This document shows positions 49,897 through 60,830 of a stretch of DNA of 64,000 nt, piece by piece. Source of the DNA: Octopus bimaculoides (taxonomy: Eukaryota); NCBI RefSeq assembly GCF_001194135.2, contig NC_068981.1:23377194-23441193 (forward strand), in the 5' to 3' direction. How positions within the stretch are numbered: position 1 is the first letter of the stretch; each line of letters begins with the position of its first letter. Position numbers and translations under genes: made by a program. The notes beneath the pieces are model-generated. The model was not told the origin of the DNA and searched no databases. It saw only the letters and a list, made by a program, of their open reading frames with translations.

Positions 49897-50393
49897 TTGC
49901 CCTGATGCTGTACCAGGCAGTGGCTCTCATGGCTTCTGATCTTAATTGATTGGAAGTGTTATCATGTACATTGATTTGTCTTGGTATAAAAGATGGGCTA
50001 CAGCAAATATTCTGCTCAATACCAGAGATTTGCTTGTCAGTTGTTTGACTTTAACCAGTTGAGCATGTCCCTTGGTGGCTGACCATAAGTGCATCTCTAA
50101 TCACGAGCTGAAGTAGTGGGGGAGCATCATAGCCATGTGTTGAGAGGAATTCTTTGGGGTTTGAATAATTCTCCTTTGGAAACATGGGTGCTTTGTTCAT
50201 CATTCTTAAGAAACCCTTATTCAGGAACCTTTTGAGCAGGATGGGTTACGCGACCTAAAGAAAATTCTAACTGAGATCCATCTGCAAGGTCATGCGCTCT
50301 TTATCTTGATATGAGATCACTATGTCGTGCACATATGGTTGTGATGCATGTGCCTGGTGAACCCTTATCAGACAAGTAGTCATGATGGGTATC
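49897..50393 (+). mobile_element. Repeat family F (non-coding, (AAT)n-associated), 3'-truncated
   Basis: Starts right after (AAT)n; its last ~120 nt match 53777-53900. Confidence 0.7.
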
Positions 50394-51388
50394 GGCTCAT
50401 AACATGTCTTTCTACCACGTATAAAATTTTAGCGTCCACCCTCGTAGAGAAAACATACAAATTTATGGAGCGGAACGATATTTTCCCCACTGAACAAAAG
50501 GGTGCCAACAAGGCTCATATGGATTCAAAGACCAACTCGTAATCAATCGCATGATCCTTGAGAATTGTCATAACAAACGAAGAAATCTCAGTTCTGCATG
50601 GATTGATTATAAAAAGGTGTTCAATGGCATATAGCATTCATGCATCTTGAAATCGCTGGATATCTTCAAAATTTCTCCTGTGATTTCAAACTTCCTGAAA
50701 CGCAACATGTTAATGTGGAATACGAATCTTCAGCTATACCACTCTAATGGAGTACTGACCACAAAAATTATTAATATCAACTGCTGCGGTATTTTCCAAG
50801 ATGATTCACTTTCACCTTTAATTTTCTTATTTCTTTATTGCCCACTAGGGGCTAAACATAGAGGGGACAAACAAGGACAGACAAAGGAATTAAATTGATT
50901 ACATCGACCCCAGTGCGTAACTGATACTTAATTTATCGACCCCGAAAGGATGAAAGACAAAGTCGACCTCGGCGGAATTTGAACTCAGAACGTAACGCAG
51001 ACGAAATACCGCTAAATATTTCGCCTGGCGTGCTAACGTTTCTGCCAGCTCGCCGCCTTAATTTTCTGCATAGTCCTACAAGTTAACTTAACAGAACAGG
51101 GTATGGATATAAAATTGGCGACGAGAAAATAAGTCATCTATTTTACATGGATGACTTAAAACTCTATGGCAAAGACGATAACGATATTGAAGGACTCCTA
51201 CGTACTGTGAAAGTATTCTGTGAAAGTATTCTGTGAAAGTGATGCCATTGGGATGGAATTTGGTCTTCATAGATGTGCCAAGGCCACTTTCCAGAAAAGG
51301 AAACTGAAGACCTCACATTCAGTGGAGTTGGATGTTAACACAATCGTAAGAGAACTCGAGCAGGAACAAACTTACAAATACCTCGGAA
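50394..51388 (+). pseudogene. R4/Dong RT core fragment interrupted by a SINE-B insertion
   Basis: YRLITCLSTTYKIL, AWIDYKK.F, GIFQDDSLSPLIF|CIV, ISHLFYMDDLKLYGK, IGMEFGLHRCA, TYKYLGI. Confidence 0.92.
50828..51057 (-). mobile_element. SINE family B2, young full-length copy with 8-10-bp TSD
   Basis: TSD (TT)AATTTTCT at 50818-27 and 51058-67; removing the SINE restores SPLIFCIV. Confidence 0.95.
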
Positions 51389-51389
51389 T

Positions 51390-51422
<33 letters not shown>

Positions 51423-51455
51423 AATAATAATGATAATAATAATAATGGTAATAAT

Positions 51456-52412
51456 AAACAAAAGCTGTAAAACAAATGAAATCCAAACCAAAACTGGAGT
51501 ATCAACGGATCATGATAAAACGATGGCAAGAAAAGCCCCTTCATGGCAAATGTTGGGATAAAATAGACAGAAAGGATATAGGCAAAGCAAAATTCCAATA
51601 ATGGCTGAGAAGCTCAGGACTCAAAGCAGAGACTGAAGGATTTTTAATCGCAGCACAAAACCAAAGCCTCCCCACCAGAAATTACCAAAAGCATATAATG
51701 AAAAGAGACATAGCAAGTAACTGCAGTATATGTGGAGATGGAGAAGAAACAATAAATCATATTGTCTCTGGCTGCCCAGCTCTGGCTGCCCAGCTCTGGC
51801 TGCCCAGCTCTGGCTAAGAAGTAATATATTCACAGACGCAACAGAGTATGGATCTACATACTCTGGAAGCTATGCCAACACTATGGGATATCAACAGAAA
51901 AAAAGATGGTATATGCACACCCAAGAAAAAGTCCCAGAAAATAAGAAGGCAACCATACTCTGGGATCTGCCAATACACACAGGTAGAGAAATCAAGGCTA
52001 ATAAGCCGGGTATAGTTGCCAGAGGTCATCAACAAAAACAATGCTTTCTAATTGATGTATCAATACCAACAGATGACAACGGTTCTCTAAAAGAAACGGA
52101 GAAACTTTCAAAATACAAAGATTTGGAAATAGAATTAACACGAATGTGGAGCTTAAAAAAAAAAAATTTCTATTATAGTAGGCACATTAGTTATGATTAA
52201 AGAAGAAATTCAGACTATTACATAACAAAAACTCCAGAACTTACAAGCATATATAGCATACAGAAAAAAACTACAAGGTATTGCACACATCCTACGTAAC
52301 ACACTTTCAATACAGTGAAAATACGAACACCACAACAAACCACAGCACATACACAAAGAACACAGAGCTGCACTCGGTAGTGCAGTGAAAGCACGTAATG
52401 AAAATAAGACTA
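51456..52412 (+). mobile_element. R4/Dong family X 3' portion (CCHC knuckle, RLE endonuclease, 3'UTR), (AAT)n tail
   Basis: LKAETEGFLIAAQNQSL..CSICGDGEETINHIVSGCPAL..ILWDLPIHT..KPGI..LIDVSIP..KLSKYKDLEIE; 3'UTR matches 49684-49845. Confidence 0.92.
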
Positions 52413-52428
52413 CTAAATAATAATAATA

Positions 52429-52735
52429 AATATGAAGATCTGAGAATTGAGATTGCCAAGATGTGGTGGCTACGAGAGTCGAACATAAAGGTCGTCCCTG
52501 TTGTCATCAGTGCATTGGATTCAATATCACCTAACCTGAAGAAATATGTGGAAACTTTAGAAATACTCTACAATCTATTTGTATTGCAAAAATCGGTATT
52601 ACTTGGAACTGCACGCATATTGCGTAAAATACTGTTTGTCTCAAGTCCTTGTGATTTGACAGCCAGTACAAGCCCCTGATAGACACAATATCTTCAATCA
52701 ACATCACAATATTGGATAACGTGCGGCAACTTAAA
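52429..52735 (+). mobile_element. R4/Dong family W-like 3' end, (TAC)n(TAA)n tail
   Basis: KYEDLRIEIAKMW..VPVVISAL..LQKSVLLGTARILRKIL; 3'UTR GTCCTTGTGATTTGACAG resembles 19857-19880. Confidence 0.9.
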
Positions 52736-52749
52736 TACTACCGCTACTG

Positions 52750-52821
<72 letters not shown>

Positions 52822-52840
52822 ATAATAATAATAATAATAA

Positions 52841-53182
52841 CATAGCATGCCCAGCCTACAACAAGGTATGTGATAAGGAAGAAAGAAATGTCGACGGATA
52901 TGACAGGTTAGCTTGGGAAGTTAAGCAATTGTGGTCGATGAAAATGGTCGCAGCAGTACCAATAATTGTCGGAGCCCTGGGAACAGTGAGCAAAAATCTC
53001 GAGAAGTACGTGGAACAAATAGGGGCTGCAATAAGGGTGGAGCACTTGCAGAAGACAGCACTGCTTGGGACCGCTCGAATACTCTGGAAGGTGCTCGAAA
53101 AATAAAAGGTGTTACCTTAGTTCACTGGTAGTGAACAGCTGACACCGTAGTACATCTCTAGCGTTAGAAGCTGTGCAAAGGC
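52841..53182 (+). mobile_element. R4/Dong family V 3' end, (CAA)n(TAC)n(TAA)n tail
   Basis: LAWEVKQLWSM..VPIIVGALGTVSKNLEKY..LQKTALLGTARILWKVLEK*. Confidence 0.9.
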
Positions 53183-53202
53183 AACAAAAACAACAACAAC
53201 AA

Positions 53203-53252
<50 letters not shown>

Positions 53253-53301
53253 ATAATAATAATAATAATAATAATAATATTAATAACAACAACAATAATA
53301 A

Positions 53302-53776
53302 TGAGATGAGACCAGGGTGGAAGAGGCTTAATAGCAGTAGAAGAATATGTACAGCTGGAAACAAAAACCCTAGTAAAGGATTTACAGAGCAGCGCAGAAA
53401 GCGTGTTATAGAAGAAAAGGGCAAGAATGAAATACAAAGAGAGCACGTGAGACAGATTGAAGAGAAACCTCTGCATGACCATCTTTGGAGACCCACTGAA
53501 GACGTATGTGGAACAAAATCTTAGGCTTGGTTCAAAAGGGGCAATTAAAAAAAAAACAGGAACAGAGAGCATAATTGTAGTAGCCCGAGGTTAAACAATA
53601 AAAACAAGCAGCTTGAGAAAAGATATATATATATGGAGAGAATGTGTCAGAAAAATGTAGAGTCTGTGGCACTGGAATGAGACAGTAGCACACATTGTGG
53701 AAGAATGCCTTAAGTTGGCACAGAAAGAATATAAGGAATGGAAGCACAACCAGATTGTAAAAGTTTTACACTGGAA
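53302..53776 (+). pseudogene. R4/Dong internal fragment (thumb to CCHC knuckle)
   Basis: GGRGLIAVEE.., KCRVCG..TVAHIVEECLKLAQKEYKEWKHNQIVKVLHWK. Confidence 0.85.
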
Positions 53777-53966
53777 AATTCTATCTGGGCTCCCACCTGC
53801 AAAGTCATGTGCTATTTATCTTGATATGAGATCACCATGTAGCGCACATATGGCTGTGATGCATGTGCCTGGTGTACCCTTATCGGACGGGTAGTCATGT
53901 TGTGTTTTGGGACTTCGTATACTTTAACCCAGTGTCACTTTGAAGACATGCACTGCTCTCTCACTC
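53777..53966 (+). mobile_element. Repeat family F 3' end followed by (AAT)n
   Basis: TATCTTGATATGAGATCACCATG..GATGCATGTGCCTGGTG..CACTGCTCTCTCACTC|AATAATAAT. Confidence 0.75.
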
Positions 53967-54001
<35 letters not shown>

Positions 54002-54012
54002 TAATAATAATA

Positions 54013-54207
54013 ACCCTTTCTATTATAGGCACAAGGCCTGCAATTTTGGGGGAGGGGGTTTGTCGCATATATCGACCCCAGTCCATAACTGGTACGTATT
54101 TCATCAACCCCGAAAGGAGGAAAAGCAAAGTCAACCTAAGCGGGATTTGAACTCAGAACGTAAGGACGGACGAAATGCCGCTAAGCATTCTGCCAGCTCA
54201 CTGCCTT
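54013..54207 (-). mobile_element. SINE family B between (AAT)n tracts
   Basis: GGCACAAGGCCTGCAATTTTGGGGGAGGGG..GATTTGAACTCAGAACG..GCCAGCTCACTGCCTT. Confidence 0.9.
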
Positions 54208-54225
54208 AATAACAATAATAATAAT

Positions 54226-54718
54226 ACTCTTTTACTTGTTTCAGTCATTTGACTGCGGCCATGCTGGGGCACCGCTTTTAGTCGAGCAAATCGACCCCAG
54301 GACTTATTCTATCGGTCACTTATTGCCGAACCGCTAAGTTACGGGGACATAAACACATCGGCCTCGGTTGTCAAGCGAAGTTGGGTGGGGTGGGGGAACA
54401 CAGACACACAAACATATACACACNNNNNNNNNNNNNNNNNNNNNNNNNNNNNNNNNNNNNNNNNNNNNNNNNNNNNNNNNNNNNNNNNNNNNNNNNNNNN
54501 NNNNNNNNNNNNNNNNNNNNNNNNNNNNNTATATATATATATATATCCATATATACGACAGGCTTCTTTCAGTTTCCGTCTACCAAATCCACTCACAAGA
54601 CCTTGGTCGGCCCGAGGCTATAGTAGAAGACACTTACCCAAGGTGCCACGCAGTGGGACTGAACCCAAAAGCATGTGGTTGGTAAGCAAGCTACTTACCA
54701 CACAGCCACTCCTTCGCC
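54226..54718 (-). mobile_element. SINE family A, full length; internal microsatellite contains gap 54424-54529
   Basis: TTTCAGTCATTTGACTGCGGCCATGCTGGGGCACCGC tail; CCCAAGGTGCCACGCAGTGGGACTGAACCC head. Confidence 0.92.
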
Positions 54719-54765
54719 TATAAATAATAATAATAATAATAATAGTAATGATGATGATGATGATA

Positions 54766-55145
54766 ATCTCTTTTATTGGTCACAAGGGCCCAAGAAATGG
54801 AGGACAATATCGAAGGACGAGTTGCAGCACGCCCCCCCCCCAAAAAAAAATTACAAAAATATGTGGAGTCAACATCGACCAAGGGGAAATATTACCATAT
54901 TAAAGAATATAACAGAGGATATACAGTAGAAAGTAGAGAACGTAAAGAAAGTAGGAAAATAAATAATAAATAAGTAAATAAAATCCCCAATAGTGGGGCA
55001 GACCACTTAGGTTAATCCGGGTTAAGTTCCACAGAAAAATCCCGGATTACTCTGCCATCCTCGAGACACGGGAAAATGCCCCCTTCCAATTTGTTTCCTT
55101 CTGCTTAGAAAAACATATTCAGAGTAGATCCATTCGTCGGTCCGT
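54766..55145 (-). mobile_element. Probable unclassified LINE 3' end
   Basis: Minus strand ..WKGAFSRVSRMAE*, T-rich UTR, terminus CCCTTGTGACCAATAAAAGAG + (ATC/ATT)n. Confidence 0.4.
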
Positions 55146-55167
55146 CTCTTTAATTTATTTCACCCAT

Positions 55168-55224
<57 letters not shown>

Positions 55225-56806
55225 TTTTATTAATATCCTTGCAGTTTATACAATTAAAACCAGTTGGATTTCCACACCGTTAAAAAAAAAAACTTCTAAT
55301 TCGAGTAAATTGTTTCTGCGATTATTTGCTATTTCTTTAGCTTTTGCTTATACAATTGTATAAGATATTACGTTGAAATATAGCTTAGAATGCGCACATC
55401 CAAGCAGTCGTCATAAAATCATACATTTACACACACAACCATATATCAGGATATATAGGTGCATGGGTGGGCGTTTGTATATTAAAAACCTTTCTTGAAT
55501 ACATATTTATTAATATATTTTTCAATACTGTTTCTTATAGTAGCCATCAAGAACATGTTCATATATATATTCCGTTCGTTATATTACGCGTCTTTTTATT
55601 TCGTCTGGTATAAAACTCGATTACGCTCTGGTAGGTTATTTTTGAGACTAGACAAATTTTATTGCATGATGTTTTTACTACATGATTGATGTATGTCAAA
55701 GTAAACATTAACCACAATATAGTTTTGTCTCCTTGACTCTTAAATGTTATATATTTTTGATTCTGTATTATTTTATTGTTTACTTTTCCTCCACATTTAT
55801 CATTCTTTCTGAAAACGAGCTACAGTACATAAAAGAACATAATTGAACATAAATAAGTCTTGTAAGAGAATTTAGCTTCGTTTTATTAACTTCTTAACGA
55901 AGCTAACGAAATTGAATTAGTTTTTATCAAATTTATTGATATGAGTATTTACAAAATGCAGCTGAAATAATATAAATAATTTTAAATAGAAGGCTTTAAT
56001 GATTTTATAATTCTTCATAAACACACTTTTCTGTTGTAATTTCGCTACCAATATACTAACAATAACTACAGCATTTATATTGCTTTCCCAACAGAATAAT
56101 ATAAATATAAAATTATTTCTAAGCTTAGTAATTATCCTTCATATTCTATTAGATATGACACATCTATCCTCGTGTATCACAAGTGTTTGGTTTCCCTCCA
56201 CCCACACACAAGGATAAATGAATCATCACTCATTTTGCAAAAGAAACGAATGTTAGATTCGTGGACACCAAAACCTGTGGGCAATAGCAACGACACTTCG
56301 ATGTCACGTATTTCGCAATCATTTATATCTTCCCTTGTCGAGATCACACTTGTCTACGTCTTTTCTTAGGATCAGATGCTATCGTATTGTTTCTGTTCAC
56401 TGGGCTCGTGTTGATGTGTACAAGTTCATAAAGCCGTATGAAAAAAGCATGTGGCCTCGCATTTTGGGCAGCTGAGCAATGAGAGTAGTAGCTGCGATGG
56501 GCTTATGCGGTTCAAGCAGAATCTTCAATTGATCTCTGACACGCGTTATCACAGATCAATCCGTATTAGACGTGTTATGTTTCACAACGGAGCGTGACGT
56601 ATTATTTATACAGGATCAGTGCTGAATGAATTAGTTATAAATGAGACTATATGTATTATGAATATAGATTATATGTAAACTTAGTAATTATGTTACATAT
56701 ATTCAGCTAAACTTTTAATCATATACAAAATTTCATCGCACCCTATTGATTGATTCGTTGAACCAGTCACTCCTTTCTTTTAGATTAGATAATTACAGTT
56801 TCCAAA

Positions 56807-56923
56807 ATTGAAATAGTTTCTTATAACGTAAAAAGACTCTCAAATTTTAACTTATTCCTTACTCTTGCAGCAGTTTCTTGTGAGCGATAATTTTTATATT
56901 CCATTTTTTCGACAAAATATATA

Positions 56924-56984
<61 letters not shown>

Positions 56985-57130
56985 NNNNNNNNNNTTGAAA
57001 TAGTTTCTTATAACGTAAAAAGACTCTCAAATTTTAACTTATTCCTTACTCTTGCAGCAGTTTCTTGTGAGCGATAATTTTTATATTCCATTTTTTCGAC
57101 AAAATATATATGTATGTGTGTGTGTGTGTG
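56807..57130 (+). other. ~130-bp identical direct duplication across a 10-N gap (assembly overlap artefact)
   Basis: TTGAAATAGTTTC...TATGTATGTGTG occurs at 56807 and 56995, separated by (TG)n and 10 N. Confidence 0.85.
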
Positions 57131-57393
57131 TGAGTGTGTGTGTGTGTGTGTCTTTCTCTATCTCTCTCTCTCTATATATATATATAAATAAATGTATTTG
57201 TTTTTTCCAGTGTTTACAAATAACACGGAAAAAAGTAAATAAACAGTTACCAGGGTAGCAAAAATTCACACAAGTAACAAGGACGTAACAACCTATTCAT
57301 AAAGATAGAAACTCCAGGTTTGGGTGAAATGTTTTATATAATATAGATAAATAATAAATGGAGTTAAACGCAAGTATTATTCAAATCCTTTTA

Positions 57394-57481
57394 CTTCCGA
57401 CATATGTTTCGAAGACAACATTTGTATTATTCCAGAAGGAATAAAATGGTGTAAAACAATGCAATCTTCTCATCAGGGAAA
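57394..57481 (-). ncRNA. Type I hammerhead ribozyme, intact core
   Basis: Stem I UUUCC/GGAAG, CUGAUGA (57476->57470), stem II GAAGA../..UCUUC, GAAA, stem III AC-AUAU-GU (palindromic ACAUAUGU), cleavage triplet GUC (57401->57399). Confidence 0.8.
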
Positions 57482-58402
57482 GAAAGAAAGAAACCAAACG
57501 CATCAATAAGTCATTTTAACAAATGTGATGACTGCGTGTATGATGAAGGGGACGCTATGAAGTTTTTTGAAAGAACCGTTAGTTGATATAAGGTCAAAGG
57601 TAGTTTATAGAAAGAGAAAGAAGAGAAAGAAAGAAATTAGGAGAAAACTAATAGTGGGGAGATATAGAGCGATAAGTAAATTTGAATAAAGCTTAAAGGC
57701 ATGGAAGTAGATATATTTAGTGGAAGTGAAATGTAAGAAAACAGTCAAAGGTCGAATTTTATAGAATGGTAGAAATCAATTATAGGAACTGATTGTATGT
57801 TTTTGCCAATATTTGCAACGATAAATGCGTTCTATAAACGTGTCTACAAGGGGATTCTTTGAGAATAGGATAAAAAAAACATTTCACTATTACAAAGTGA
57901 ACAAAAAGATGTACCTTTGTCATATGGTAAAGAAATAAAGACAATATTCCATTCCAAATCAAATTGTTTATTATGATCTGCTAATGTTGATGTATTCAAC
58001 GATAAAGCTGAATTTTATAACTCTGCCTTACTTAAAGCAGGCTATAAAGAAAAAAATTACCTATTGACATTCATTCTATCTCTATTACCTTTAGTTCCTA
58101 TAAGTGATTTCTATCATTCTATAAAATTTGACCTTTGACCGTTTTCTTACATTTCACTTCCACTAAATATATCTACTTCCATGCCTTTAAGCGTTATTCT
58201 AATTCACCTATCGCTCTATATCCCTCTCCATTATTAGTTTTCTGCTAATTTCTTTCTTTCTCTGCCTTCTCTTTCTATAAACTACCTTTGACGTTGTATC
58301 TACTGATGTTTTTTTTAAAAAAAAACTTGATAGCGTTTCCTTCATCATGTACGCAGTCATCATATTGTGTTAAAATGACTTATTGATGTGTTTGGTTTCT
58401 TT

Positions 58403-58489
58403 CTTTCCCTAATGAGAAGATTGCATTGTTTTACACCATTTTATTCCTTCTGGTATAATACTAATGTTGTCTTCGAAACATGTCGGAAG
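58403..58489 (+). ncRNA. Type I hammerhead ribozyme copy with G5A core mutation (predicted inactive)
   Basis: TTTCC-CTAATGA-GAAGA...TCTTC-GAAAC-AT-GTC-GGAAG. Confidence 0.7.
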
Positions 58490-58525
58490 TAAAAGAATTT
58501 GAATAACACCTCCATTTAATTCCAT

Positions 58526-58589
<64 letters not shown>

Positions 58590-58590
58590 A

Positions 58591-58821
58591 TTCTTTTATT
58601 CTTTTATTTGTTTCAGTCATTTGACTACGGCCATGCTGAAGCATCGCCTTCAGTCGAGAAAATCGACCCCAGGACTTATTCTTTGTAAGCCTAGTACTTA
58701 TTCTATCGGTCTCTTTTTGTTGAACTGCTAAGTTACGGGGGACATATACAAACCAGTATTAGTTGTCAAGCGATGCTGGGAAGACAAACGCAGACACATA
58801 AAGACACACACATACATAAAC

Positions 58822-58853
<32 letters not shown>

Positions 58854-59006
58854 GACGAGCTTCTTTCAGTTTCTGTCTGCCAAATCCACTCACAAGGCCC
58901 GAGGCTATAGTAGAAGACACTTGCCCAAGGTGCCACACAGTGGGACTGAACCCGGAATCATGTGGTTGGTAAGTGAGCTACTTACCACACAGCCACTTCT
59001 GCACCT
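58591..59006 (-). mobile_element. SINE family A, full length
   Basis: TTTCAGTCATTTGACTACGGCCATGCTG tail, internal (CA)/(TA), CCCAAGGTGCCACACAGTGGGACTGAACCCGG head. Confidence 0.92.
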
Positions 59007-60699
59007 ATATTTATATATTATGATACTTGCTTTATTTTTTTCATTATTTATATTTTGACATATAAGAAAATGCCGGTTATTTATAATATTCATTTTCAAC
59101 TTCAGATAAGACACTATATGTATTGGAACATTTTGACTCCAGTTATAATATTATACTTCTTCAATAAAGCGTGTACATGATCTATATTTCTGGAACTTCA
59201 GCTTGGAAAGTCAGCAAGGAGCAATCTTGATCTAATGTGTTGAAACCATTGCTCTCACCCAGTTTGACGTAAATACTTCCCGAATTTCTGTCATCGTTTA
59301 CATAATGTCTAATAGCGAGTGCATTAGCCTCAAACACGCACACACACCTCCATTGACGAAACCCTACTAAGTGGGCTGTAATTTAAGTTCGGTGTTTTTA
59401 ATTGCAATCTGGATGCTTGAACATATTGCTTAGAGATATGAATTTTAATCCATTAACTTTTTTACGTAAGGTACGCAAATGTACTAAATAGAACATATCC
59501 TGTCAGTACGCAGTAGCTTGCCAGCCAGAGTTGGGCTCACAAATCGCGTTATAAACAAGTAATAATTTTCTATCTGGTTAATCAGTTTGATCATTGACTA
59601 AATCTTTCAAATAGCATGACTCAGTGCCATCAGTTTCATCCGTTGATTAGGAATTCACCAAGTTTAGGGCTTTAAAGATTACAGTGCTATCTGTTCCAAC
59701 TTGATTGTATTGGCCTCAATTCACATTGATTTTATGGGTGCCCAATATAATCGCTGTTTCGCACGATTCATAGGAAATTTACTGTTGGATTCACCAGAAA
59801 AACTTGCAAGCGTGTCATTTAATGAAATTCTCTCTACAGCTCTCTTAAAGCTGAAATCAGAACGATTAGCGTTAAACTTCGAGGCATCCTTGGCAATCAA
59901 ATCACTTTCTGTAGGCAATACGTTGACGAGGCGAGGGACAAACACACTCCTTGTGACATAATTATTGACTTAACATTTGATATTCATGATTAAGTTGTAA
60001 CTATCACTGTTATAGATGAGTTTTCTCACTGCAGCTACTGTAATATAGGGAAATTTATTCAATGTGAGTTCGTTACTATTATCGTGTGTGCATGATAGGA
60101 TAGTTGGTATGGATTCAGCGTACCATTTGCCTACTATCCTTTAGCATTCTCAATACTGGCCGATTCAAACAACGTTTAATTTTTGTGGTTTGCAATATGT
60201 ATTTGGTGCTAAAGGTATCAGACATTTCTGTGATATTGATGGGGGAAACGGTGGAAATCATTGGGTGTCTAATAATTTATTTTTTGCTTAATGTTGCTCA
60301 GAGAACGTTATAGTAACAATGTTGTATGCGGTCTGGTTGTGGTTGAACAGAGGTCATCTTTAAGCACCTGTACATTCAGATATATTCCTTTTCGTGGATC
60401 AGTAGCTCTTTTAGTTTTGTAGAGTAATTATTATTCTTTTTGTCAGGAGCGAAGGCTGTATCCGTGACCTTGATCAAGGCTTTCTAGATTTATAGGATGA
60501 AGGGTGAAAGAAGTACGAAACTGGAGACACGAATGCTTGCAATAGAGTGGTTTCTAATAATAGCACATGACAGCCTTGGATGATGTTAAACTGGCGACGA
60601 ATTTAATTTATTTCTCCAAGTAGTCCACAAACAAATAACGAAGAATCAAGGAGCCGGAACAAATATCGCGTGGCACTTGGTCCGACATTCTAACAGTCG

Positions 60700-60830
60700 T
60701 GTTCTGGATTGGTACGTGTTTGTCTACTTCTGTAAAACTGAAAGGCAAAGTTTGTATCAGCGGAATTTGAACTCAAAATGCAGAAATTCAGAATACATAT
60801 CGCGATGCAACGTAACCGACTCTTTTACAA
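60700..60830 (-). mobile_element. SINE family B, degraded
   Basis: GAAAGGCAAAGTT..GCGGAATTTGAACTCAAAATG. Confidence 0.6.

Larger units (their letters stand above)
57355..58528. mobile_element. Penelope-like element with inverted pseudo-LTRs (arms 57355-57790 and 58093-58528)
   Basis: Arms are reverse complements; minus 57960->57778 reads WNIVFISLPYDKGTSFCSLCNSEM..(frameshift)..RCKYWQKHTISSYN* (GIY-YIG C-terminal C-x2-C/C-H pattern); plus 57985-58063 reads NVDVFNDKAEFYNSALLKAGYKEKITY (PLE thumb-like). Confidence 0.88.

Noticed and set aside
51200-51815. Short tandem repeats (GTGAAAGTATTCT x2-3; TCTGGCTGCCCAGC x3)
   Set aside because: Slippage duplications inside a dead LINE; no spacers, so not CRISPR-like.
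56807-57130. Apparent 130-bp tandem duplication
   Set aside because: Identical copies either side of a 10-N gap at a (TG)n tract: typical unmerged contig overlap.
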